Of a stretch of DNA of 64,000 nt, positions 30,275 to 39,959 are shown piece by piece. How positions within the stretch are numbered: position 1 is the stretch's first letter; each line of letters opens with the position of its first letter. The notes beneath the pieces are model-generated. The model had not been told where the DNA came from. It saw only the letters and a list, made by a program, of their open reading frames with translations, and searched no databases. Both the position numbers and the translations under genes were made by a program. The DNA comes from Escherichia coli (GTDB lineage: Bacteria; Pseudomonadota; Gammaproteobacteria; Enterobacterales; Enterobacteriaceae), in assembly GCF_024223415.1 (NCBI RefSeq), contig NZ_CP100501.1; one strand, 5' to 3'.

Positions 30275-32233
30275 ATGTCAGTTACAGAGTCTAAGACAAA
30301 AACGGAGCGTAAATCCAGCCGTAAACCTGCAAAAACGCAGGAAACCGTCCTGTCAGCCCTGCTGGCGCAGACGGAGGAAGTGAGCGTGCCGCTGGCCTCG
30401 CTGATTAAATCACCGCTGAATGTGCGCACGGTGCCGTATTCTGCGGAGTCTGTCAGCGAACTGGCGGACTCCATTAAAGGTGTCGGCCTGTTACAGAATC
30501 TGGTTGTTCATGCCCTGCCAGGTGACCGTTACGGTGTCGCCGCAGGCGGTCGCCGACTGGCTGCACTCAACATGCTGGCAGAGCGTGGCATCCTTACGGC
30601 TGACTGGCCTGTACGCGTGAAGGTTATTCCGCAGGAGCTGGCGACTGCCGCATCAATGACTGAAAACGGTCATCGTCGGGATATGCACCCTGCTGAACAG
30701 ATCGCCGGATTCCGCGCAATGGCGCAGGAAGGCAAAACACCTGAGCAGACTGGCGACCTGCTGGGCTATTCACCCCGCCACGTCCAGCGAATGCTGAAAC
30801 TGGCAGACCTTGCACCCGTCATCCTTGATGCGCTGGCAGAAGACCGCATCACCACCGAACACTGTCAGGCGCTGGCGCTGGAGAACGACACCGCGCGTCA
30901 GGTGCAGGTGTTTGAAGCCGCCTGCCAGTCAGGATGGGGCGGTAAACCGGATGTGCGGGTTATCCGCAACCTGATTACCGAAAGTGAAGTGGCGGTGGCG
31001 GGGAACAGTAAATTCCGCTTCGTGGGGGCTGATGCCTTCTCGCCAGACGAACTGCGCACCGATTTGTTCAGCGATGACGGGGACGGTTATGTCGACCGCG
31101 TGGCGCTCGATGCCGCCCTGCTGGAAAAACTCCAGGCTGTCGCTGAACACCTTCGGGAAGCCGAAGGCTGGGAATGGTGCGCCGGGCGCATGGAGCCTGT
31201 CGGTGAGTGCCGTGAGGATGCCGGAACATACCGCTGTCTGCCGGAGCCGGAAGCGGTGCTGACGGAGGCGGAATACGAACGCCTGAACGAACTGATGACG
31301 CGTTACGACGCGCTGGAAAACCAGTGTGAGGAATCCGACCTGCTGGAAGCAGAAATGAAGCTGATGCGCTGCATGGCGAAGGTCAGAGCGTGGACGCCGG
31401 AGATACGTGCCGGAAGCGGTGTGGTGGTGTCCTGGCGTTATGGCAACGTATGTGTCCAGCGTGGTGTGCAGTTGCGCAGTGAAGATGACGCGACTGACGA
31501 CGCTGACCGCACGGAACAGGTGCAGGAGAAAGCGTCAGTGGAGGAAATCAGCCTGCCGTTGCTGACGAAAATGTCCTCAGAGCGCACGCTGGCAGTCCAG
31601 GCGGCACTCATGCAGCAGCCGGACAAATCCCTGACACTGCTGGCATGGACGCTCTGCCTGAATGTGTTTGGCAGCGGGGCGTACAGTAAACCAGCACAAA
31701 TCAGCCTGGAATGTGAACATTATTCGCTGACCAGCGATGCGCCATCGGGGAAGGAAGGTGCCGCATTCATGGCGCTGATGGCAGAAAAATCCCGTCTTGC
31801 AGCCCTGCTGCCGGAGGGATGGTCACGGGACATGACGACATTCCTGTCCCTCAGTCAGGAGGTGCTGTTATCCCTGCTCAGTTTCTGCACCGCATGCAGC
31901 CTTAACGGTGTCCAGACCCGTGAGTGTGGTCACACGTCACGCAGTCCGCTTGACTCGCTGGAAATCGCTATCGGATTCCACATGCGCGACTGGTGGCAGC
32001 CGACAAAAGCAAACTTCTTCGGACACCTGAAAAAGCCACAAATTATCGCAGCCCTGAATGAGGCCGGACTGTCCGGTGCCGCACGGGACGCGGAGAAGAT
32101 GAAGAAAGGTGATGCGGCTGAACATGCAGAGCACCATATGAAAGACAACCGCTGGGTTCCAGGCTGGATGTGTGCACCACATCCACAGACAGATGCCACT
32201 GAACGCACCGATAACCTGGCTGATGCCGCCTGA
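30275..32233 (+). CDS. ParB/Srx-like nuclease-domain protein of the leading region
   Basis: 652-aa ORF; N-terminal ParB-type block (...LQNLVVHALPGDRYGVAAGGRRLAAL...). Confidence 0.8.
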   Translation: MSVTESKTKTERKSSRKPAKTQETVLSALLAQTEEVSVPLASLIKSPLNVRTVPYSAESVSELADSIKGVGLLQNLVVHALPGDRYGVAAGGRRLAALNMLAERGILTADWPVRVKVIPQELATAASMTENGHRRDMHPAEQIAGFRAMAQEGKTPEQTGDLLGYSPRHVQRMLKLADLAPVILDALAEDRITTEHCQALALENDTARQVQVFEAACQSGWGGKPDVRVIRNLITESEVAVAGNSKFRFVGADAFSPDELRTDLFSDDGDGYVDRVALDAALLEKLQAVAEHLREAEGWEWCAGRMEPVGECREDAGTYRCLPEPEAVLTEAEYERLNELMTRYDALENQCEESDLLEAEMKLMRCMAKVRAWTPEIRAGSGVVVSWRYGNVCVQRGVQLRSEDDATDDADRTEQVQEKASVEEISLPLLTKMSSERTLAVQAALMQQPDKSLTLLAWTLCLNVFGSGAYSKPAQISLECEHYSLTSDAPSGKEGAAFMALMAEKSRLAALLPEGWSRDMTTFLSLSQEVLLSLLSFCTACSLNGVQTRECGHTSRSPLDSLEIAIGFHMRDWWQPTKANFFGHLKKPQIIAALNEAGLSGAARDAEKMKKGDAAEHAEHHMKDNRWVPGWMCAPHPQTDATERTDNLADAA

Positions 32234-32284
32234 TGAACAACCACACCGCCCCGCCGGAGACGGGGCGGCAGCAAGGGAGATACC

Positions 32285-32722
32285 GTGATGAAAACTGAAC
32301 TGACCCTGAATGCCCTGCAGTCCATGAACGCACAGGAATATGAAGATATCCGTGCTGCGGGAAGCGATATGCGCCGTAATCTCACTCACGAGGTGATGCG
32401 TGAAGTGGACGCACCGGCTAACTGGATGATGAATGGCGAGTATGGCAGTGAGTTCGGGGGCTTTTTCCCCGTCCAGGTTCGTTTCACGCCAGCCCACGAA
32501 CGTTTCCACCTGGCATTATGTTCGCCGGGAGACGTCTCTCAGCTCTGGATGCTGGTTCTGGTGAGTGGTGGTGGACAGCCTTTCGCCGTCGTTCAGGTGC
32601 AACATATCTTCACGCCTGTCGCGATCAGTCACACGCTGGCGCTCGCCGCGACACTTGATGCGCAGGGATACAGTGTTAACGACATCATTCATATTTTGAT
32701 GGCAGAAGGAGGTCAGGCATGA
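32285..32722 (+). CDS. psiB: Plasmid SOS inhibition protein B
   Basis: [28 protein letters not shown]...; upstream of and overlapping psiA. Confidence 0.9.
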   Translation: MMKTELTLNALQSMNAQEYEDIRAAGSDMRRNLTHEVMREVDAPANWMMNGEYGSEFGGFFPVQVRFTPAHERFHLALCSPGDVSQLWMLVLVSGGGQPFAVVQVQHIFTPVAISHTLALAATLDAQGYSVNDIIHILMAEGGQA

Positions 32723-33438
32723 GCGCACGTTCACGGGCACTGATCCCCCTCAGCGCAGAACAACAGGCCGCTATGCAGGCTGTGGCTGTCACCGAACAAC
32801 GTCGTCGTCAGGGACGCACACTTTCAGCATGGCCTTATGCCACCGCTTTCTTTCGCTGCCTGAATGGCAGTCGCCGGATTTCGCTGACCGATCTCCGCTT
32901 TTTTGCCCCTGCGCTGACGAAGGAGGAATTTCATGGCAACCGTCTCCTGTGGCTGGCTGCAGTGGACAAACTGATTGAAAGTTTTGGTGAAGTCTGTGTT
33001 CTTCCCCTGCCATCCGATGCGGGGCATCGTTTGTTCCCGTCCGTTCCTTTTCGTGAAGGTGAGCGGCGTCGTCAGAAAACCACGCTGACAGAGCAGAAAT
33101 ACAGCCGCCAGCGGGAACGTGAGGCAGAACGACGGGAACGGGAATACCAGACATGTTTTGCTCAGGCGCAGATTGACCTTGCGTTTCATACTCCCGCCAC
33201 GGTCGGAAGCTGGTTGTCCCGCTGGTCTGGTGTTGTTGAGGAGCATGATCTGGAAACGATTTTCTGGGGGTGGTGCGGGCGTTTTCCATCACTGTCATCA
33301 TTTGACCGGTTTTTCTGGCAGGAGGAACCACTCTGGCGGTTGATTTTTGAAGCCGGTGAGGCCGGTCGTGGTGCACCGGTACAGGTACGTGCACTTGAGC
33401 AGTGGATGATCCCGAACAAGCTGGAGAACGTAATATGA
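32719..33438 (+). CDS. psiA: Plasmid SOS inhibition protein A
   Basis: 239-aa [25 protein letters not shown]... Confidence 0.9.
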   Translation: MSARSRALIPLSAEQQAAMQAVAVTEQRRRQGRTLSAWPYATAFFRCLNGSRRISLTDLRFFAPALTKEEFHGNRLLWLAAVDKLIESFGEVCVLPLPSDAGHRLFPSVPFREGERRRQKTTLTEQKYSRQREREAERREREYQTCFAQAQIDLAFHTPATVGSWLSRWSGVVEEHDLETIFWGWCGRFPSLSSFDRFFWQEEPLWRLIFEAGEAGRGAPVQVRALEQWMIPNKLENVI

Positions 33439-34031
33439 TGAAATCAGACGAAAAATACCAGGTTCCCGCGTGGATGCGACCTCTGTTGCCGTTGCTCTGC
33501 AACACCGGGGAGAACGATCCGGAAGAACTGCTGAATGATACAGAAACCACTGCCAGTGCGAATGTTGTCCGTTATGTGCTGATAGTTGCTGTGCGGTCGC
33601 AGGTTGATCTGCTGCAGCTTCTGTACAGGAAAGGGCTGTTGCGCACAGAGATACCAGGTGGCTTTTCACCGGAAGAAGCGCAGGAACTCCTGGATAATCT
33701 GGTGCGCAGCCATATCAGCAGGGCGCTGTCGGGTGAGCGAATGGCAGCCCGTGACAGGAATGCCGATCTGGCCTGGATTCGACAGCAACTGGTCGATGCC
33801 GCCTGGTTTGTCCGTGCCACACTGGAAGCGCATGGGATGAGCGTCGGAAATGAGAGTCCCCCTGCTCAGCCGGAGACAATGCCGGACATACAGACACGGG
33901 AACTGGTGATGTTGATCAAGCGACTGGCATCATCGCTGAAAGCGGTGAAACCGGACAGTTGTGTGGTGCGTGAAGCGCAGGACTGGCTGCGCGACAGAAA
34001 ACTTGTGAGCATCACGGATGTTCTTCGGTGA
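33435..34031 (+). CDS. Hypothetical leading-region protein
   Basis: Start MMKSDEKYQ; overlaps the psiA stop. Confidence 0.55.
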   Translation: MMKSDEKYQVPAWMRPLLPLLCNTGENDPEELLNDTETTASANVVRYVLIVAVRSQVDLLQLLYRKGLLRTEIPGGFSPEEAQELLDNLVRSHISRALSGERMAARDRNADLAWIRQQLVDAAWFVRATLEAHGMSVGNESPPAQPETMPDIQTRELVMLIKRLASSLKAVKPDSCVVREAQDWLRDRKLVSITDVLR

Positions 34032-34138
34032 ACCAGTGGAGGTATGCTTGAGGAGCAGGGACATGCCGGTCATGATCGTTTCGTTCCAGGGGTGGTCTGG
34101 AGATCATGCGGCGTGTCCTCTGCACTCGCCGGAATAAG

Positions 34139-34478
34139 GACGTCGCCGCCGGCTCCGCTTTTACCCGGCCATGCGGGGCATGGCCTTGTGGGTTTTCAGC
34201 TCTGTGGCCTCAGCGTCGTGTGCGGGCTGTGCCGTGCCTCCATCGTAGCCGGGCTTCTGCGGGCGGGATGCAAGGTAAGATGAACCGCTGCGGTCACCCG
34301 GTCCCTCCTTCCCGTCTGCCGTGATTTTCCGGTCGTTCACCCGCTCAGATTTCGCGGTCTCACCCTCCAACTCCCGTCAGCCGTGCGCGTCGGGCTGCGG
34401 CTTTCCTTGCGCCCTTGCATCCCTGCAGGCCCGGCAAAGATGGAGGCACGGCACCGCCCGGTGTCGCAGAACATGTGA
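34139..34478 (+). repeat. Leading-region repeat family A, copy 2, upstream of ardA
   Basis: Near-identical by eye to 27218..27548. Confidence 0.6.
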
Positions 34479-34495
34479 CTATGGAGGATTCGGGA

Positions 34496-34996
34496 ATGTC
34501 TGTTGTTGCACCTGCTGTATACGTTGGAACCTGGCACAAATATAACTGCGGAAGCATCGCCGGCCGCTGGTTTGACCTGACCACGTTTGATGATGAACGC
34601 GATTTTTTCGCCGCCTGCCGTGCCCTTCACCAGGATGAAACCGATCCGGAACTGATGTTTCAGGATTATGAGGGTTTCCCGGGGAATATGGCCTCTGAAT
34701 GTCATATCAACTGGGCCTGGGTTGAAGGCTTCCGCCGGGCACGGGATGAAGGCTGCGAAGAGGCTTATCGTCTCTGGGTGGATGATACCGGTGAGACGGA
34801 TTTTGACAGCTTCCGCGATGCCTGGTGGGGCGAGGCTGACAGTGAGGAGGCTTTTGCGGTTGAGTTCGTCAGTGATACCGGCCTGCTGGCTGACGTGCCG
34901 GAGACGGTGGCGCTCTATTTTGACTATGAGGCGTATGCGCGGGATTTATTCCTGGACTCCTTCACCTTTATTGACGGTCATGTGTTCCGTCGGTGA
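34496..34996 (+). CDS. ardA: Antirestriction protein ArdA
   Basis: MSVVAPAVYVGTWHKYNCGSIAGRWFDLTTFDDERDFF..., strongly acidic 166-aa protein; GGAGGA RBS. Confidence 0.9.
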   Translation: MSVVAPAVYVGTWHKYNCGSIAGRWFDLTTFDDERDFFAACRALHQDETDPELMFQDYEGFPGNMASECHINWAWVEGFRRARDEGCEEAYRLWVDDTGETDFDSFRDAWWGEADSEEAFAVEFVSDTGLLADVPETVALYFDYEAYARDLFLDSFTFIDGHVFRR

Positions 34997-35178
34997 TTTA
35001 CTCCCCCGCTCCGGCGGGGGTATGGCCTGCCGGGCCGCCGGAAAACCCTGGCAGGCTTACGCCTGCCTGAAATACAGGAGGGCCGCGCCTGCGGCGCTGC
35101 CCTTCCTGCCCGTCATGGTGTGAGGCATTTTTCTGTTTTGTCGTTTCTGTTGTTCTGATGCCCGGAGGCGGGGACACC

Positions 35179-35720
35179 CTTCGGCTCCCGGCTGCCTGGC
35201 GGCATCCGGTCGTCGGCCCGACTCCGACAGGCAGCTGCTGGCGCACCCGCCAGTCTCCGCCGAACCCGCTGGCGCGGTTTCGGGCTGCCGCTACGGTCCG
35301 ATGTCTGAAAAACCAGGCCTGCAGCGACCGTTCCGGTCGCGCCGCCCCTGTCGCGCCGGAAACGGCGCTCCCTGCACACCTGACGGTGTGTAAGGCCACT
35401 GCGCCTGATGGCGCAGTCAACCCTTCCGCCGCCACCCCTGCGGCCTGTTTCCCGCTGTGGACTTTCCGGGGGCTGAAGCGGCCACAACACGGGGCAGCCG
35501 TCCAGGGGAGAGATGTACCAGCCACAAAACTTTTTGCCGCAGGCGTCAAAAACTTTTGCGTCTGCCCCCGGACAACTGCCCCGTGCCGTGGCAGTCGCTG
35601 CCCCATCGGAAAGGTCCACTGCGGGGAGAAACCCCGAAGAAGTGGACGGCAGAAGGGGCTTTCGCCCCTCCGGGGGAGCAACCGGTCGGCCCGGCGACCT
35701 GATTCAGCAGAAGGAGACGT
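35179..35720 (+). repeat. Leading-region repeat family B, copy 2
   Basis: Similar by eye to 28833..29395; immediately upstream of the ORF at 35725. Confidence 0.6.
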
Positions 35721-35724
35721 TTTC

Positions 35725-36159
35725 ATGACAGTCAGCAGCACGATTTCCGTTTTTTGCCGAGACGGGGTGTTCCGTACCGTTTACTGCCACCTGCACGGTG
35801 AGCCGACCTGGAACGGTCGCATCCTGCATACCCACTATGCCACCGGTCAGCTGGCCGAAGCCCTGGTTGAACACGGAGATATCCGTTGCCTCGGTCCCCG
35901 TTGCGACAAACCCGCCGGGCATACGCTTCAGAACCCGGTGGACGGTGTGACGGCTTATTACGGACGTGACAGTGGTTTCCGGATGGACAGTGAGGCGCGT
36001 GAGTACCGTTCTTTCAGGGAGGCTATTGCCACTGAAAGCACTGAAGAGGTGCGCTTCCATTATGTGTTCATCGACGGCTACTGGAAGGTGATGTACCGCA
36101 CGCCGGAAGGCTGGAAGATGAAAGCGCTCGCGCTGGCACTGCGTCGCTGTCCGGAATGA
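35725..36159 (+). CDS. Hypothetical leading-region protein
   Basis: Start MTVSSTISVF at ATG 35725 with GAAGGAGA RBS; 144 aa, Cys/His-containing. Confidence 0.6.
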   Translation: MTVSSTISVFCRDGVFRTVYCHLHGEPTWNGRILHTHYATGQLAEALVEHGDIRCLGPRCDKPAGHTLQNPVDGVTAYYGRDSGFRMDSEAREYRSFREAIATESTEEVRFHYVFIDGYWKVMYRTPEGWKMKALALALRRCPE

Positions 36160-36250
36160 AAAAAAGCAGGGCGATAAACCCTGCCTCTCTCCGCCGCTGC
36201 TTCCCGGCCAGGAAGAGCGGCAGTCATCAACAACATAAGGAGAAATATTT

Positions 36251-36517
36251 GTGAGACCATCAATTATCTTCGCAACCGCCGAGTATGTAAAGCGTCTGCG
36301 TGAAGAGTGCCTGCGGGAGAATAAACCCCTGCACCGCCATACCCGCTTCAGACGTCAGGAGCTGGCACAGGATGAGATTAACCCGGACGTCCTGGCGATG
36401 AGCGGTCATATCGCCAGACGCTGCAGTGAGCAGAAGCGGGTGCGTATCCCCGCCATGAAAGTCAGCGAATGGGGCCACCTGCTCCGCGCGCTTGAAATTG
36501 AACGGGTCTGTCACTGA
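36251..36517 (+). CDS. Hypothetical small protein
   Basis: 88-aa ORF from GTG with AAGGAG RBS. Confidence 0.4.
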   Translation: MRPSIIFATAEYVKRLREECLRENKPLHRHTRFRRQELAQDEINPDVLAMSGHIARRCSEQKRVRIPAMKVSEWGHLLRALEIERVCH

Positions 36518-36581
36518 TTAACCCTTGCCGTCTGCCTGTGCAGGCGGCAGGATACGTTCAGACATCTCACCAGGAGGAACC

Positions 36582-37460
36582 GTGAGTAAGAAGAAAAACA
36601 CCACAACGCCCACGCCGCATGATGCCGCGTTCCGGTCGTTCCTGGCGAATCCCGACGTTGCCAGGGATTTTCTGGAGTTGCATCTTCCTGCGGAGTACCG
36701 GCAGTTGTGCGACCTGTCCACCCTGAAGCTGGAACCCGCCACCTTTGTTGAGCCGGACCTGCATCAGTACGCCAGCGATATCCTCTGGAGTGTGAAAACC
36801 ACCGGGGGTGAAGACGGCTATGTTTATACGCTCATCGAGCACCAGAGCACCGAAAATCTGTACATGCCTTTTCGCATGTTACGTTACAGTGTGGCGGCGA
36901 TGCAGAGACATCTGGAGCAGCACAAAACGTTGCCACTGGTCATTCCGGTGCTGTTCTATCACGGTGAGCGCAGCCCGTACCCGTACAGCATGAACTGGCT
37001 GGACTGTTTTGAGAATCCGGCACTTGCGGCTAAAATATACACAAAGCCGTTTCCGCTGGTTGATATCACTGTCGTTGATGACAATGAAATCATGAACCAT
37101 CGCCGGATGGCCGCACTGACGCTGCTGATGAAGCATATCCGCCATCGTGACATGATGGAGCTGCTGGACAAACTCCCGCAGGTCATGGTGGAAATTTCAG
37201 ACGAGCAGGTGCGTGTTCTGATTCATTACATCGTTAACGCAGGGGACACTGTATCACCGGAATTTATGCGGGCGCTGGCCGAGCGCCTGCCGCAGCATGA
37301 GGATAAACTGATGACAATCGCAGAACGTCTTGAGCAGAAAGGTGCGCTTGAAAAAGCCCTGGCCATTGCGCGTCAGCTTCAGAAAATGGGGATGACACCT
37401 GAGCAGATTAAGCAGGCCACCGGACTTTCCGAAGCTGAACTGAAAAAAGTCATTCACTGA
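36582..37460 (+). CDS. Rpn-family (YhgA-like, PD-(D/E)XK) recombination-promoting nuclease
   Basis: Start GTG 36582 after AGGAGGA; MSKKKNTTTPTPHDAAFRSFLANPDVARDFLELHLP... is the hallmark Rpn N-terminus. Confidence 0.85.
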   Translation: MSKKKNTTTPTPHDAAFRSFLANPDVARDFLELHLPAEYRQLCDLSTLKLEPATFVEPDLHQYASDILWSVKTTGGEDGYVYTLIEHQSTENLYMPFRMLRYSVAAMQRHLEQHKTLPLVIPVLFYHGERSPYPYSMNWLDCFENPALAAKIYTKPFPLVDITVVDDNEIMNHRRMAALTLLMKHIRHRDMMELLDKLPQVMVEISDEQVRVLIHYIVNAGDTVSPEFMRALAERLPQHEDKLMTIAERLEQKGALEKALAIARQLQKMGMTPEQIKQATGLSEAELKKVIH

Positions 37461-37521
37461 TGAGAGCATCACAGCCCGGCAAAATGCCGGGCTTTTTGCC
37501 AGCAGGAGCAGAGCAAACAGC

Positions 37522-37728
37522 ATGACGATTGCAGAACGTCTTATACAGAAAGGTTTCGACGAGGGTTTTAAAGAAGGTTTTAAAGAAGGTTTTAAACAAG
37601 GAGCTCTTGAAGTGGCGCGGGAAATAGCCTGCCGGCTTCGGGATATAGGCTGGTCGCCGGAACGGATTCAGGAGGTCACGGGACTTTCCGGTGAAGAACT
37701 GAAAAAGCTGTTTCCTGATGAGCAGTAG
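37522..37728 (+). CDS. Stand-alone small protein resembling the Rpn C-terminal tail domain, with (EGFK)3 repeat
   Basis: MTIAERLIQKG...GWSPERIQEVTGLSGEELKK parallels the Rpn C-terminus MTIAERLEQKG...GMTPEQIKQATGLSEAELKK. Confidence 0.55.
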   Translation: MTIAERLIQKGFDEGFKEGFKEGFKQGALEVAREIACRLRDIGWSPERIQEVTGLSGEELKKLFPDEQ

Positions 37729-37758
37729 CCTGGCATTCAGCCAGGCTGTGAATCACGC

Positions 37759-38010
37759 TCACACATCCTCTGCCGTTTCCCCCAGTTCATTTTCCAGTCG
37801 CCTGATGATATCTGCCTTACGCATCCCCTGCATGTGAGGCAGCAGGTCACGGACTGAAAGTGCCTGGGTGGTCCTCCAGACGGTGACGTCCACCTGTTCC
37901 GCATTTTCCCAGGCGTGCCATGTTCTCTGCGTCACGCCAAATTCTCTGGCCGCTTTTTCGCGTGACCAGAGCATGCTTTTTCGCCAGATTCGCAGTTCCC
38001 ATCCGGTCAT
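37759..38010 (-). CDS. Small putative HTH DNA-binding protein
   Basis: 83-aa ORF on the opposite strand to its neighbours. Confidence 0.45.
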   Translation of the reverse strand: MTGWELRIWRKSMLWSREKAAREFGVTQRTWHAWENAEQVDVTVWRTTQALSVRDLLPHMQGMRKADIIRRLENELGETAEDV

Positions 38011-38228
38011 AAAACACCTTTGAAAAAGTGAAAAAACTTCACTTTATTTTATCATCACAATTGCCAAATCAGCGCGATAAATAAGTGTAAAAAAGTGAAG
38101 AAATTTCACTTTTTTTGGTTGTAAATGTCGTGCGGTTTTCTCTGTTTTCACCTGTGCGGGAGTGGTGTGCCAGTGACCACCACATGCCATTGTTGTGCCG
38201 TCGTTTTTCTTCAGTCGCGCCGGATGCG

Positions 38229-38585
38229 GCGCTCCCTGCACACCTTACGGTGTGTAAGGCCACTGCGCCTGATGGCGCAGCTGCCTCTGCCTGTCTGCCG
38301 CCGCACTGCGGCCTGTTCTCCGCAGACGGACTTTCCGGGGGTACATACACGACCACATCCCGTTTCAGTCGTCCAGGGGAGAGATGTACCAGCCACAAAA
38401 CTTTTTGCCGCAGGCGTCAAAAACTTTTGCGTCTGCCCCCGGACAACTGCCCCGTGACGTGGTGAGCGTCCCCCGTCGGAAAGGTCCACTGCGGGGAAAT
38501 CCCCGAAGACCCGGACGGCAGAAGGAGCTTCGCTCCTCCGGGAAATGACCTGGCTGACCCGGCAGTCGTGACGATGAGGAGACAA
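38229..38585 (+). repeat. Leading-region repeat family B, copy 3 (shorter), upstream of the ORF at 38587
   Basis: Similar by eye to the 3' about 360 bp of the other B copies. Confidence 0.55.
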
Positions 38586-38586
38586 T

Positions 38587-39438
38587 GTGATGAATCAGAC
38601 TTTACCCACTGCTGACCTGAATACTGCCGGCACGACAGATGTTATTCCGTCTGTGGCTATCGACCGCATCATCGCGCAGCGTAACGAAGGTATTGCACTG
38701 TTCATGCAGGCGATGGAATGCCTGGCGACAGCGCGCAGGATTCTGCTCGATGCTTCCGGTGACATTTTTCTCTACGGGTTTGAAGACTGCGTGACTGACT
38801 CCGTTCGATGCATGGATAAACCGGAAGAAGCGAAAAGGAATATCACCCGTCTTGCCGACCGGAAAATCTGGGACCGCCTGATGACAGATACGGGCATGTA
38901 CACCTTCATGAGTTCATGCCAGCGTGATGAGTGGAACAGCCAGCTGATGAGCGACACCTGTCCTGAAATCACCCTGGACAATGTACTGGCAACATTCCGC
39001 CATCTTAATGCCAGCAAGATGCAGACATTTGAACAGGGACTGATTGATGTCTACCGGAAATTGTCATGGGATTACAGAACCAATAATCCCTGCCGTCTGG
39101 GCAAGAAAATCATTATTGAAAACCTGCTGTACCGCTGGAGTAACGGGCGTGTGACGCTGGACTGCAGCAGACGGGAGGCACTGGATGACCTGGTACGTCC
39201 GTTTTATCTGCTGGAGGGGCGCAACGTTCCTGACTTCAGGAACAGCATCGGGGCGCAGTATGGTGAATTTCTCAGGAACGGCGACAATGTCGGTAAGTTG
39301 TTAGAAGGGGAATATTTTACGGTGCGTGGCTACCAGAAAGGGACCGTACACATTGTCTTTAAGCGTTCTGACCTTGTTGAAAAACTGAATGATATTATTG
39401 CACGGCATTATCCTGGTGCATTGCCGCCACGAGTCTGA
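38587..39438 (+). CDS. Hypothetical protein; first plus-strand leading-region gene next to oriT
   Basis: 283-aa ORF with GAGGAG RBS, directly behind B-repeat copy 3. Confidence 0.65.
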   Translation: MMNQTLPTADLNTAGTTDVIPSVAIDRIIAQRNEGIALFMQAMECLATARRILLDASGDIFLYGFEDCVTDSVRCMDKPEEAKRNITRLADRKIWDRLMTDTGMYTFMSSCQRDEWNSQLMSDTCPEITLDNVLATFRHLNASKMQTFEQGLIDVYRKLSWDYRTNNPCRLGKKIIIENLLYRWSNGRVTLDCSRREALDDLVRPFYLLEGRNVPDFRNSIGAQYGEFLRNGDNVGKLLEGEYFTVRGYQKGTVHIVFKRSDLVEKLNDIIARHYPGALPPRV

Positions 39439-39523
39439 TTAAACAGAAAAGCCCTGGTATTTATGCCGGGGCTTTTTTTTCTGTAATCATCATAATCTCA
39501 GAACACGATGTGACATTGTCACA

Positions 39524-39865
39524 TCAATTGTTGTTCATATCGATGCCATCTTTCCTGCCTGAATCTGTCTTTTTAGGTGCTGTTTTAGAGGAAGAACGGC
39601 GGGATGTTTTTTTCGATTCTGCTTCCCGAATAATGTCACGAAGTGCCTTCTCTCCTACTTCATACCCTGCATTTTTGAGCGTGTCACGAATATCTGCCAG
39701 TGTATAACCCTTTGTCCTTACCAGGACAATAATGTCATCACGAATGGCATCAAGAAAATCACGCAATGTTTTCCGTTGAGCGGTGAGATCTGGCAATTCC
39801 GATAAAGCAGCTTTTGCCAGCTGGATGTCATCATCTGAGTAAAATTTTTTAGAAGCCATTGGCAC
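39524..39865 (-). CDS. Hypothetical protein adjacent to oriT (basic C-terminal tail)
   Basis: 113-aa ORF; C-terminal KKTSRRSSSKTAPKKTDSGRK. Confidence 0.5.
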   Translation of the reverse strand: MPMASKKFYSDDDIQLAKAALSELPDLTAQRKTLRDFLDAIRDDIIVLVRTKGYTLADIRDTLKNAGYEVGEKALRDIIREAESKKTSRRSSSKTAPKKTDSGRKDGIDMNNN

Positions 39866-39959
39866 TTTCTCTCCGTTTAATCTTGAAGCCTGATTTTATC
39901 ATCAAAAACTGACTCCTGGCAGGGCTGCGCCCTGCCTCTGCCGTCTGCATAAGACTATG

